A DNA stretch of 61,904 nt, the filler included, from Hausera hauseri (Eukaryota): the NCBI GenBank assembly GCA_046269625.1. It is 12 parts of 12 records of this genome, joined end to end, with 100 filler letters (N's around TTAATTAATTAA, not from the genome) between each part and the next. Parts side by side here need not be neighbours in the genome. Positions count along the whole stretch, not along the records: positions 21,788 to 28,188 come from JBJURY010104209.1; positions 28,289 to 32,366 come from JBJURY010775536.1; positions 32,467 to 36,895 come from JBJURY010586778.1; 9 more parts are not named here. One strand, given 5' to 3'. The position numbers were made by a program, and so were the translations under genes. Shown here one piece after another: positions 23,341-36,469 of this stretch. Under the pieces are notes generated by a model. That model saw only the letters and a list, made by a program, of their open reading frames with translations. It ran no database searches and was not told the origin of the DNA. The stretch's first letter is position 1, and the number at the start of each line of letters is the position of its first letter.

Positions 23341-26300
23341 CTCGAGACGAAAGATCGGGCCCGACTATAGGTCCGACGCGGCGGCAGCGGATGCCCGGCC
23401 GTGTCCAACGAAATGGAGCAGAGGGCGCCGGCTACTGTGGGCACCAAATTACCTTTCCGTGGCAAAGTGAAAACTATAAAGGGTAAAAGAGTAATAGAGA
23501 AAAAAACACAAAACGAAAAAGTGTTTGTGTCAGTCGATTTTAGTGTGGACAAGACGTTGGGTGCCTTCTAGTGATTTTTCCCTGCTATACTTGCTGAATG
23601 TGACTCTGTGTGTTTTGTCTTTATGCTGTATGTTTGCTTGCGGAGTTTGAAGTTTGGGAAAAATTGTAGAATTTTGTTGTGAGCATTGTGTTTTGCAAAG
23701 ATGAATCAGTATGAAGAGGAGGAGAAGGTGAAGGAAGAAGAGAGATTGTTGAAGACGGATGGTTAAAAGTATTCAAGAAAGTGTTAGATGAAAGAATGAT
23801 AAAAGGTGTAGTGGCGGTTAAAGCAAGAGAGAGAAAGGTTGGAGTAAAAGTTGAAATGGAATTGTGTGAAAGAGTGGAAGTGGAAGATGAAATAGAGGTA
23901 ATGGTAGAGAGAGGAAGAGAAATAGTGATAGAAGTACAAAGAGCAGGAATTTGCGAAGCGCAAATGAAGGGGGTAGAAGACGATGTGTGAGGAGAAAGGG
24001 GGCGAAAGCGCCGAAGATGAGGAAGATGTGAAAAGAGAAGGGCAGAGAGAGAGAGAAAAACGGCGAGGCGGTACAAGGCGAAAGAGAGCGAGAAGATAGA
24101 GAAGGAAAAGGAAAGTAGTTGAAGGGTGGTGTGCAAGAGGTTAGAATGATGAAAGGTGTAGATGGTGAAATTGGTGAAGTCGAGGTGGTGTTTGATGGAG
24201 GAGGTAGTGTAAAAGGAGAAAGCAGGTTGTTATGAGGGGATGAAGGAACTATGAAAAGGCTTAAAGGTGCAACATTGGATGGGGAAGAAGAGGCTTTATT
24301 GTGAGAGGAAATTGAAGTGGAAGTTTTGGGAGAAAAAGTAGGGGAAAGTGTATTAAGACATTGAACACAGATGGAAGGTGAATTGTTGGATTGCTGTACG
24401 TCGTATAAAGATGTTGGTGGAGAAGTGACTTCGATGGGAGACGTATCGTCGATGAAGAAGGCCGGTTTAGCATTATTGATGTGAACTGCTACTTCCTGGT
24501 CGTCATTGAGAATGATGTTGTAAGAGTGTAAGCGAATTAGTTTGTAAGGGCCGACATACTGAGGTTGAAAACCACACGGCGTCTGATGTTTTAGCCAAAC
24601 GAACTTGGCGGTATATACATCGTCGGGTATGTAAGGTTTATTTCCGTGAAACAGTCTGCAAAAGGAGTCTTTGCTGATCACAACGAAGTGTCTCTGTGCC
24701 GTTTGTATGGTTTCTTTTGTAGGAGTATGGTCCAGCTCAGTCAGCTCCAATATTGATCTGATGGGAGTGCCACATAATGCTTCTGCAGGTGAACAGAGTG
24801 TATAAGTAGATGGTATGTTCCGCCAGCCAAGCAGAACGTGCGGACGCAGTGTGGTCCAATTGCGATTGGACTCAGCAAGAATTTAAAGAGACTTTTTCAT
24901 CGTTTGATGAAAGCGTTCGAGAAGGCCATTCGATTGGGGATGATATGATGACGTGTGAATGTGGTCAATTCCCAATCAATTGACAAGAGCTTTAAACAGA
25001 TTGGATTCAAACTGTGGACCTTGGTCCGAAATGATGTGGCAAGGTGATCCCAACCTTCTGATACAAGTGCGGATAAAAACGTCTGTGATAGTTTCTGTGT
25101 TGGTGCTTCGAAGAGGGACGGCCTCTGACCATCGCGAGGAACGGTCCATCATTTTAAGGATGAACTGATGGCCGTTGTCTAAAGGTAGTGGGCTAACAAG
25201 ATCAATGTGAACAGATTCGAAACGAGACGTGCAGGAAAAACAAAATAATGGTGGGTTTAAGTGCTTAGTAACTTTGTATTTTTGGCATGTCACACACTGC
25301 CTAACCCAATTCTGCACGTCAGAGCCCACCGACGGTCATACTATTGGCGTCGTAAGAGTCGAAAAGTGGCCTTGGTACCAGGATGGTGCAACGAATAAAT
25401 GTTGTTGAATGCTTCTTTTTAAAGCGATTCAGAAAGAATGATTTTAGGATTATTATGTTTGGAAGTGTCAAAGGCCACACCGTCGATGGTTTTGCACGAT
25501 TTAAAAGATTCAAGAATGTCAGGAGGTGGCTGGTTTTGTTGAAGTTTGGATTGAGGAAAAATTGGTGTGAAATCAATCGAGCTGACCGATCGGAACAAAA
25601 AGTGAGCTATTAAATTGTTAACTCTGTTTAGGTGTTTAATTGCAAAATTAAATGTGGACAAATGCGATATTTGCTTTTCCTGACGTTGAAAAGGCGATTT
25701 CCTGTTCGAATTTGAAGCAAGGACTTGTGGTCCGTTTGTATGGTAAAAGTTCGTGCAGTTAGTAGATGTTTAAAGTGTTTTACAGCAAGGGCCATTGCAA
25801 TAAACTCGCGGTCAAAGGTGGAATATCTCTGCTCTTGTGCCGTGAATTTTTGAGAGAAGAATTCTAATGGCTCATGGGATCCATTTTTGATTTGATAGAG
25901 AGCAGCACCTGCAGCTGTTGTGGATGCATCCGTGGTTAAGAAGAGTTCTGCATGGGAGTCTAGATATGCCAGGATCTCAACCGTTTTTAAATTGTCTTTG
26001 AGGCGATTAAAAGTATTGACTAAATTGCCGGTCCATTGAATGGCTGTTTCTTTTCGACAGAGCTTAGTGATGCAAATTGAGCGGTTAGAGTGGAACAATG
26101 TAGAACGTGCTTATGAATAAAGTGCAAGGTTCCGAGGAAAGAACGCATCTCTGTTGATGTACGTGGTAGCTGTATGTTTTTGAGCCGCATGATGCGGTCC
26201 GGCCGAGCTGAATGTCCGGAGGATTTAATAGCATGTCCTAGGAAGTTGACCTTTTGTTGACAAAAGGAGCATTTAGAAAAATTTATTTGCAAGTTGTTTT

Positions 26301-27670
26301 GGCGCAAGCCTTGGAAAATCAAACGTAAATGTTCGGAGTGTTGTTTCGGGGAAGATGAGGCAATTAGGATATCATCAATATAGAGATAGGCGAAGTCTAA
26401 GCCTGATAGGACCGTATCGATATGCCTTTAGAAGGTCTGGAAAGCGCTACGGGTTCCAAAAGGCATAAAAAGGTATTGGAAAAGGCCAAAAGGTGTGGTG
26501 ACAGCCGTTTTCAAAATGTCGGCTGGGTCCACCGGGATTTGGTGGTACGCTTTGTGCAAATCAATGCAGGGAAATATGTTCAAACCATGGAGCCTGTGAA
26601 GGATGTCGTTGATTAATGGTAGAGAGTAGGCATCCATTGTTGTTATGGTATTGAGTTGGCGGTAATCACTGCATGGGCGAAAGGTACCATCTTTTTTGGA
26701 ACCACATGCAGTGGTGAATACCAAGGGGATTTAGATCCTCTGATGATTCCTGATCTTTCCAGTTCGAGGAACTCAGCATCCACTGCCTGTCTGCGACGAG
26801 GCGATAGCGGATGGGCCTTTTGACGTATTGGTCTCTGATGTGCTGTTACTATGTGATGGAAGATGGATTGAGGTAATACAAATGATTTGTCCTTCTGCAA
26901 CAGACGCATGCAGGAGGACCAAATATATTGCTGTCGATCAGAAGGCAACGATGACAAGTTATCCGATGGTGTAAATGCATCGTGACTGTATGCAGTTTAG
27001 GTATGAGTTATAGCGAAATGTTGTTACTGGGTGGTATGTGGTGCATGATGTTCGTGTTGAAGAAGGTGTTGACAGCTGTGCTATAAAAAATAGGTGCCAC
27101 GCAGTTGGCAATATCGTATTTGTCACCGTAGTAAAAAATTCAGTATAATGTATGATTATGAAAATAATTTAAATCAGAAGTCGTTTTTATAGTATTGACT
27201 TGCTGGAAGCGATCGCCAGGGTGGTCACCGAAATGCTGCTAATTTGATTAAGATTATTTTCGCTCTTTAAGTAACATCGTTTGTAGTTTACAAGTAATTT
27301 ATAGTGGGACAGAAAGTCTGAACCCAATATAGGTGTGCGTACATTGGCTACTGTAAATTTCCAAATGAATGTGTTTAGGAAATTTGGAAGAGTGTAGGCT
27401 AATTTAGTAACACCAAAAGTTTGTAAAGGTTCACCGGATGCAGTGAACAGTTGATTTTTTGAAGTGAAATTATTTTGGATGTGCTGTGTTAGTAGTAGTA
27501 AAGAAATTGATGTGCCGGTGTCTATAAGAAAGTTAATGTTTTGCTTTGTTGGAGTGAGGACTACTGCTTCCAACGTGAATACAGTAAAAGAAATGTGTCG
27601 GCTATCTTTTTGCAGGTTGTTGCCTTTGCTAGAACTTGCCATGTGTCCTAGCGGCGAAATCAGTTTTTAG
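23341..27670 (-). mobile_element. CsRn1-like Gypsy copy B (pol only; gag absent upstream of the frameshift site)
   Basis: FLIDTGTS, RPCSDYRQLN, IDLHKAYHQIP, MPFG, LYIDDIL, TTDAS, VHIDLVSPLP, GPY; same GC-rich 3' end as copy A. Confidence 0.92.
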
Positions 27671-28337
27671 TAGCTCGTGAGTTTTGCCTACTATTTTGTG
27701 TGGGTTTAATAGTGTTGATTTTATTGTGCGTGTTGTAGTTATAGCCAGGTAGGCATTTTTGTGCTTTTTAGAGTTGAGATATGGAACAAAACTCGGAGTC
27801 TGTGAAGCACCGTTTATTTCAACACCATGTTGTACATTAAAACGGAGTTCTCCTTCGTCGAGTTGGTGATTTGACCTTTTGATGATTTCTTCGGATTTTA
27901 TTGTTGCCAAAAGTCTAACTAAATAATCTACCGCGTTTATTAGTTAAAAGGAAACAAATTTTTAATTCATATAATTTTTTGTTGGCGTTCTTTTAACGGA
28001 AACGCCCTTTTGTAAAATTTAAAATGTTTTACGAAAGTTAATAATTAATATATAATTTAAATGGTATCAATCGAGTTTCCCCTTCACATCCTCCCTCCAA
28101 GGCGAATGCCCGAGCCTAACATTTCTAGCGTATCATTTGTAGTTTTCTGAACTTTTGTGAGTTGCTGTGGGTTTACGTCCGTCTGTTGNNNNNNNNNNNN
28201 NNNNNNNNNNNNNNNNNNNNNNNNNNNNNNNNTTAATTAATTAANNNNNNNNNNNNNNNNNNNNNNNNNNNNNNNNNNNNNNNNNNNNAAGAGGTAGAAC
28301 ATAGAAGAATGAAACATCAATATATCGGTTCGGAACC

Positions 28338-28395
28338 GTCTTCATGGCAACGGTCACCCTGTGGCCGTTCTCATGCTAACTGTTTCCATTGCAAC
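28338..28395. promoter_or_regulatory. Cluster of three RFX X-box-like motifs
   Basis: GTCTTCATGGCAAC (28338, perfect GTHNYY-AT-RRNAAC), GTTCTCATGCTAAC (28367) and GTTTCCATTGCAAC (28382), the last two with one mismatch each. Confidence 0.55.
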
Positions 28396-28975
28396 CGGTA
28401 ATCGATTAAGCGTAAAATCAATAAATTCATTTTGGACAAATCAATAAATGTGTAGTACACCAATAAATAAATCAACCCCGTGAAAGTTCTAATCGATATA
28501 TGAGCGCATCGATCTGTACACATGAAACAATCTGTTCACTATTGTAGTGGGTGAAAATAAATATTATTGATTTTCCGATAACTCCAATATCGATGAATCG
28601 AACTTGAACAGAAGTCAAATCGATCAATACAACGTTTTTAAATTGCTCAACTGATTATCGAATAATATCGGTTTGAGAGTTCGTGGTGTTGAAGGAACAT
28701 AGCTTTTTCTAAATATCGGTAAACCGTATGTTATTCGAAGCATCTGACCATTCCACTGGATTTCACATGTGAAAACCTTACCAGCAGGATAATGGGCGAC
28801 GCACAATACATCGTTGTCCATTAAATTAACATTATTCATTGAGAGTACTTACTTGTTTTAATTAACTGAGAAAACTACCAATGCGAATTTTAAGGTGATC
28901 AAGGTTAAAATCGTAAAATCTTTAAGCGTAGACAGATAGGAAATCATATATGGCGAATCCGATTATGACATCAGA

Positions 28976-29047
28976 TATTCGAAAACAAGTTTACGAGTAT
29001 TCGGAAACAAGTTTACGAGTATTCGGAAACAAGTTTACGATTATTCG
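28976..29047. repeat. 3 x 22-bp tandem repeat (TATTCGGAAACAAGTTTACGAG)
   Basis: Seen directly; the left flank (ACATCAGATATTCGAA) recurs inverted near 61841-61856. Confidence 0.9.
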
Positions 29048-29154
29048 AAGATTAGAATATTCGAATATCGATAAATTTTAAATATATTCAACACACGCAC
29101 ATATACAATTATGTGTTTACCGGATTACTCAATTTATCCTTCGGATTCAAACAG

Positions 29155-29715
29155 GCATGCAAAATATGATGCTGAATAATAATACAAGAAAAAAAATTGC
29201 CAAGAAAGTCAAAGCAACGCATTTGGAGCATTTAAATGTAACAACATTTCGCACTTGTTCAAATCTCCTGTACTACGTTTAGGAATTTCGAAGTTTGATA
29301 AAATATTCGTTACTTTTCTCGAGCCACTGTTTTTTAATATTCGATTTAAAATGTTTTCTTGATGTTCTGTCAATATATAATGTATTGGATTAATGCACAA
29401 TAGCATATTCCCTCGTGTATAAATTTTAGCTATCACAAGACTGACCACAGACGATATTTGATGGATATTTTTTATTTCATCAGAACATCAATAAAACATT
29501 ACAAATCGAATATTTAAAGAATATCAGATTGAGAAAAGTAATGAAATTTTGTGAAAGTTCAAAATTCCTAAACATTGTGTGGGAGATCTGAACAAGTTTC
29601 AATTGCGTTATTTTGACTCTCTCAGCAAAACGATTTTTCATATTATTAATCACCATCATATTTCGCACGTCTCTGATTATTTATTATAAAAATCCCAAAT
29701 TTACAATAAAATTCC
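29155..29715. mobile_element. Non-autonomous foldback/MITE-like element with ~75-bp imperfect inverted repeats
   Basis: 29155-29230 is an inverted copy of about 29600-29670; a second diverged copy lies at about 44385-44840. Confidence 0.7.
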
Positions 29716-30049
29716 TTTACTTATGAGTGACATTGGTTTTCATTTTCCGCAAGTTGACCTGTATATGGTATAGAGAGTAAATTTTACAGTAAATTGAAAT
29801 ACATTTTAAATGAATCTTGTTTATAAACACATTATTGATTGCCATTTTACGCAGAGGCTATTATAACACATGTTGACTCTTGACCGGTCAACAATGTGTT
29901 GAAATCTCAGGATAGATAACAAAATAAGTAGTAGGAAGTGAGGGCTCCACCGCACTTCTCTGATTGGTCAGTCGACCAGTTTTCCCCACCTTATTGGCTA
30001 TTTCAAGCATTTCGAAAATTTTCTCACGACCCCCCCCGTTGGAACAAGC

Positions 30050-30990
30050 TTTGGACATCGGACCGACTCAAATCGGTAGAGCTTGACGAGCTCAGCAAAA
30101 GTTAATAGCGGTGCGGCTTACAGAAATGTAAGGGAGAGGCGCTTGAGGAGGAAGAAGCAAAACAGGAAATACCCACGTGTAACGCTAAACATGTTGCTAG
30201 CATTGAGAAAATGTGTACAAAGGGTAAATCGATATTGGCGAATCCAATGGACACGGCTGCAACTCAATCAGACCATGGGAACATGGGGAAAATTCGATGG
30301 GAATATTTCAAACGGGAGAAAGTTCCCCTTACACAAGTCAAACGGCGGTGGAAATGGGTTGAGCTCATAGCCCATCAGTAGTTGAGCATTTCATATTATA
30401 GCCGCCTCACGATCAACCGAAAGGATCCGGGTGAAAATGGCAACCGAACGAACAACCGAACAGAAAAAATATAGTAGGTAGAAGTGTCCGCTCCACCCCC
30501 GATCCCAAAAAGTGCTCAGATGGACCTGAAACATAGTTTTCCCCACCTATCTCGCAATTCTGAGCATTTCATGTTTTGTGGTCGGAGACCCTCCACAGGA
30601 TTGGAAGAACATGTCATGAGTCGCACATGTAACCGACGGAAATCGGTAGAGCTCGATGAGTCGAAAAAAGTTTTATAGCGCGGTAAGTGTCAAAAAGTTT
30701 ACTGGAAGGCGCTAGAAGCAAAAGAAGCAAAACGGGAAATGTTCTACGAGAAACGAGACACGAGTTACGAATTGCGCAATGTTCGGTGCCAATGTCAAAC
30801 CGATGTTGGGGAACCGAATGCGCACAAATTCAACTTGGTCTGACCATGGCAACATGGGGAAAATTCAGTGGTAAAATTTCAAACGGAGAAAAATCCCACT
30901 TGGGCAAGTCAACTGGTGATGGAAAAGTGTTTGAGCAGATAGCGGGAAAGGCATTGAGCATTTCATATTATAAGCGCCTCACAATCAGAC
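30050..30990. repeat. Two diverged direct repeats, period ~570 bp
   Basis: AATCGGTAGAGCT at 30071 and 30641; GACCATGG.AACATGGGGAAAATTC and TTGAGCATTTCATATTATA shared. Confidence 0.85.
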
Positions 30991-31841
30991 GATTGTAAGT
31001 TGTATTGATTGGTAAAAATCAAAATCGAAATCATCATCAAAATCGCAAATGCGAATCGTAAAAATTTCGACGACTTTTTGTCATCGTTATCATTATCGTC
31101 GTCGTGAACACAGGTACGACGAGTTGACACGTGTAATGGTGAGGCGTGACGTGAAACAAGTGTGTATTACGCGCCAGACATGCCTGTATGCAAAACTAAT
31201 TAGTGAGTTGTGATGTAAAGCGCGTTTGTGTGCATCCAAAAGCTCATACTAATGGAAATGTCGTACTTTTTCTCATGATTCGTTCTATTACTAGTAGTGT
31301 AAAGGGCAGTGTGTCGAAATAATGGACATTTGGTTAGATGTAGTTTTATTTTGGGAGTCACTGTTTTCAAAAGTCAACAGTGCTTCTCAGTAAAGTAATA
31401 CCAAGACATGCACTAACAAATAATAAAATACCATTGCATTTAGTTTATCGTCATTTCGTAGAAAATTTGCTACAACAGAAGATGAATGTTAGTTTATTTT
31501 TATTTTTCTTTTCATAATTTTTATATTAGTAATAATTTGAATTTCTTTTTATTTAATTTACCCACCATTTTCCTACCTACAACTTTTTGTGATCTAGTTT
31601 TTGGACAACACCTTTTCCCACTTACCTCGTTCTGAGTAATGAGAAAACAAAAATTCACATCAAACTTTTATTCTTTTTATATTGTACAATTACTACTACT
31701 ACTTCTAAATCTTTCGAGTCAATTCGGATTACACAAACCACAGGGATTAACCATTTCCGAAGAATAATAAGAAGAATGATCGAGACCATCCGAATTAATC
31801 ATATTGCAATATTGCTTCAAGCAAATTTCATCTGCTGACTG

Positions 31842-32177
31842 CTACGTAGAAATGCAATCAATCTGACTACCACTACTACCACGTTTGAAAAAATTGGTCA
31901 TAAACTGACGTACTTGACGAGGATTATCGTCCAACTTCGTCATTTTTCCATATGTGCAAAAAATCTTACGGAATAAAAATTCCATATCACCAACAACCTG
32001 CTTTACATGGCGTAAGTAGGGTTCTGGTGCCCTCCAATTCTGCTCAGCAAGTAGAAGTAGCTTTTCCGGAGGCCAGTATCGAGCATTGTCCAACGGTCTA
32101 TCGAGATTGTACAGGTGGTTCCGGAGACCGTCGAATAAGTGGTATAAGCCAATGAGTTGTGTCGTCAAGTGAGACAT
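31842..32177 (-). CDS. Hypothetical 111-aa protein, probably a Polinton accessory gene
   Basis: Intact ORF with TATAAATA about 40 bp upstream and AATAAA downstream; upstream flank is homologous to the Polinton PolB upstream region. Confidence 0.55.
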   Translation of the reverse strand: MSHLTTQLIGLYHLFDGLRNHLYNLDRPLDNARYWPPEKLLLLAEQNWRAPEPYLRHVKQVVGDMEFLFRKIFCTYGKMTKLDDNPRQVRQFMTNFFKRGSSGSQIDCIST

Positions 32178-32639
32178 TGTATAATCTTATGAGCAGAAGA
32201 AGAAAGAAGCACAAGTATTTATACTGCAATGTAGCTTGAACACACACACAATAAAAACAAATACGTAGCGAAATTATATATTTATATGTGATTAAATACG
32301 GTCAATCAACTTTTTCATTACAATACAAAGCGAAGCAGTAAATACAAGTCCAATGAGGAAATTAATNNNNNNNNNNNNNNNNNNNNNNNNNNNNNNNNNN
32401 NNNNNNNNNNTTAATTAATTAANNNNNNNNNNNNNNNNNNNNNNNNNNNNNNNNNNNNNNNNNNNNTACATGTGCTTGTGTGTATCCACTTTCTGACTGT
32501 GTGTGTCCTATCTCCGCCCTATTAATCGTGTATGTGTGTATCGTTTTTTCTACCCCATGACTTATCCGCGAACCACAATAATTTTTCTTCCGCGGGGGGG
32601 GGGTCTGATCTCATGGACTCACATCTACCTACTATCCGC

Positions 32640-35600
32640 CTTACCCACTTATGCTTTTCATCATTGCATGATAAAGCTACTTTTGTATTGGTCACCGTAT
32701 ACAGCTGATGCTCAATCGATCGGATGATCATTTGTGAGATAACAGACTTTGATTATCCTTTCTCTTCATAGACACGGCAATAATCACCGTGGGCCAACTG
32801 AACTCCTTTGGCTGAAATTTCCAGCCCACCGTCAGTTAAAAGGCTATAATGATTTGGCCATAGAAATACCATTTCCGATACTGAAGGCGACCTTCACTTT
32901 CATCCTTGAAGCGGCCGATTTTGTTTGTGATGGAACTGCTGTACAATTGATGATTCTGTGTGTAATTGAACGTGTCTAGTAATCTGTCTTCCATCATATG
33001 CTGCAGCATTTGTTCGAAATTGACATTTTCCAGTTCAAAAAATATACTATCTGTGTCACCGGCAAATATATTGATCCTGCCGTTGCCGCCGAACATTGGC
33101 CGGTAACGTGCCAAGTCGCAATACTGCGGCTCATACATCCGCAACTTTTTCAAATCCAATACCACTTGTCCGATGTAACTTGGCCGGTCCAGAACGATTT
33201 CTTACCGGTTTAACAGCACCGCAACCAATCTATTGGCAATGTGCATTGACCGCCGAAACTGTGCCTTGCTGGTATACGAAACCAGTCGCTTTTCGCTATT
33301 GCATAGGCGTACACTGAGCCGCATTTCTAGATTCGCCACTGATTTTCCGTACAGGAAATTGTTTTTCAGCCTATAGTAGTCCTTCTCAAACTTTGTACAA
33401 GCTGCGGCTCGTTTCTCCGAATTTCCATCTATGTGCTGCTTAAATATGGGAGTCTGAGCAAATCGGATTGTGCAATGTAGCCGTGTGATGCGTACACCAA
33501 ACCGCATGTAAAATTGCAACAAATGCCAATTAACTATGTAATTTTTCTTTGGTTTTAAAAGCAGCTTCTTTACCTTCGAGGCCGGCAGACATTGGCAAAT
33601 TGGTGCGACCGGCAGTTCATTCAAAATTCATGCAGCTCATCTGGTACCACAAGATTGACCTCCATCAGGTATCCGATTGAGCTGTTTTATGCTGTTGTCG
33701 TGTCCGCTCTCGACACATTTTCCAGTATTTTATCCAGATCCTGTTTGTCGACTACCCATTAGAATGAAGCGTACGGCAAGGGTTGTGAAAGCGCCCAGCC
33801 GTACAGGTTATTAATATCGATATACAACAGTGATGTGGTATCATCACTGGTTACGTGATGCTTGTTGACAAATGTCACGCCGCTACGAATACCAACATCA
33901 AACATTCGGTACATTTCCAGGTCTTGCAATAACTTGATGTCCCTATCCAGTGACATCAGAGCTGATACCCAACTCATTCCGGGTATTCAGTAAAAGTTGA
34001 GTGGCTCTAGCCTATTTTTCGCCAACGTTTTTGCTCGAAACCTGGAACACAGGCTAATAAGTACACTTGCAATTTAAGATACTGTAGCATGTAATCCAAC
34101 ATGTTTCTACAGCCCAATTCTGTCCATGATTCTTGTGTTCTCCGATATTCATCTTCTGTGATGCATGGCCATCGGGGCGGTAATTTCTCTGCTGTCCGGA
34201 GTCGCTTCTATGATGTTGCAAAGTCATGGAAATATGCCTTTGCTGCGTACAATGTGTGGGAACTGTGTTGAGCTTATCGGCACATCCGACAAGGCATTTA
34301 CCAGCTTCGCCAATGATATATTGAGAAATTGCAATGAATCAAGGAAGCGTACCTGGAACCGGTTTATGCGTGCTGACAGTTCATGCGTACTTCTCCATTG
34401 TTCTTGGGATGATGGACAGTTCCCTGTGCGGAAATACGTTGATGGCCCATTTCAGTATATGGTGAAAATCATAACCTCGGAAATTATGAAAGATCACTGG
34501 TAGGAATGGCCGCACACGCCTTGTTAAATTGCATGCGTTGTATGCTGCTCCCAGGTATCGACCGGTTAAATGATCATGGTCCGGCACGAGCCGTTCCTGT
34601 GCATTAAAAGGCAATATTTTGTGGCAGAGCTAACATTCATCGGTGGCAGCGAAAAGCAGCTGTTCATATTCGTCTGTCCATATCAAGGGCTTAGTGCTAT
34701 TGTTACTGTACCACGGTACTATTTCTGTTTCCACTATCGTTTTCAACTGTTGCAGGAAATCGCGTATACAGTTCCAGCCATGAAAAACGTAATATTGCAA
34801 TTGTCTGGCGGCTTTTATTGGAGCAACCAACATATTTACGGCGATTGGAATGTGCTTGGTCGTATACGTTGTGCCGCGTTAGGATTGCCTCGATATCGGC
34901 ATATACCACATATGTCGGACTGTCTGTTTTCGACCAGTCACTGAATCTTAGCTCCTTTTTGACTGGCATGACGTACATTGTTGTCCCTGATGAATTTTGT
35001 ATGCACAGCGCCACATGTTTTCCTGTCGTTTTTGACCTGAAACCATGCGCCATGTAAGGCACTATTTACAATTTATACGCTTTTTGATGAATTGCTGGTG
35101 ATACATGTTCAACAGTCTGTCCAAATTGGTTACTGCCACGTAGTGAAATTTATCTGCTTGCTCCAATAGCAACAAATTTACCGAGCGTCCATTCGGGTTC
35201 CAACTGCGATAAATTATATCCACGTGTTGGTTTTTGTATATCTCTTCGTCTGGTGGTATTTCTACGATTGTGTTGTACCGGAACACGTTGATTGCCAGTG
35301 TCGGATTAGGCCGTTCAATAGCCGGAATGGTTTTGAGTTTCATCGGCATCCAACACTCGTCGTAATCCAATTCTGAGAAATACTATACTGCTTTGGACAA
35401 TTTGCATGATGCCTGGACACTTGATCATATTTCAAGGGCCAGAATGCTGTAAATAAAGCAATATTTGTCGTTAGTATTTTGTACATTCACTACTGCCAGA
35501 GACTGCTTCAAGGATGCAAGTGTCGGTATGAATGAACTTCCAGACAGGTAAATTATGTCACTCGTCTTGGTCAGAATAAAGACGAGAGTGACAATCTTTA

Positions 35601-36469
35601 CAATTCGCCAACCACTGCCCTTTTCGGTGTGGTTGGCGATTTTTTCGTCAAGCTTTTCGCCTTCATCGGCAATAAAATCCTCAGAGTATGGTACGGCTCG
35701 ATGTGACAGGTACCATTGTTTCCTGTCACCCTGCAGATTTTCAAATTTTGCAAGTGCATAATATTGCACTTTGCAGTGGTGTTGGAATTTGGCTATTTCT
35801 GATTCAAACCGGTTACGCACATTAGCGGGTACATCCTTCAATTGCGTTGCTGTTTTTGTCGATATGTCCACCTTCATGTCCACGTACGATTTGTTCAGGT
35901 CGTACTTGACAGCAATGGGCGGTTTACCTTTCTGCTGCTGCTCCTGTTTCTGACTTCTGTTGTTTTGAAAGTATTCGTCAAGGCTTGCTGATGCTTGACG
36001 TTTCCTGTTGCTTCATGCTGCGTCCATTAATATTTCCTTTTTGGACATCTGAAACTGGTTCAAGTGGTCCTTGTGAATGTTGTAGAATTGTTAATAGTTG
36101 ATTTCATCAACTATAGAACGACCGGGACAAACGTAGGCCCGTTTACCGTACTCCGTTGTGGCGCCATAGTACTGCTCCATTGCACTATGGCAACCATCAA
36201 CGTCATGCACTCTACTACTACTACAGTATCGTGAATGTGGTGCAATGCACAACCATCATCTTCGACCGCGTGAACGGACCGAGATGATGATTGTGCATCT
36301 GATAAAAGTCGGCGTACGAGTATGTGTTTTCAATAAAACACACGGGACACAGGTGCGTGTTTTTGGCCACTGAATAATATTTGGCCATTTCCTTGAGGCA
36401 TTGCCCACCCTCATGTATGCGTGAGACGCAATACATGGGATATTTTGCGAACATTTTTGAATGATACAC
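32640..36469 (-). pseudogene. polB: Polinton/adintovirus protein-primed family B DNA polymerase (tandem Cys/His N-terminus, TP/vOTU region, endonuclease VII insert, exonuclease, polymerase)
   Basis: KGSGW, GSSFIP..VVNVQN..YCF, HYV.VTNLDRL, VVYADIEA, DHDHLTGRYLGAAYNACNL, FHNFRGYD, YIDINNLYGWA, RLKNNFLYGK, GDTDS, IGRFKDE, IRSIEHQLYT..KVALS; many frameshifts. Confidence 0.93.
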
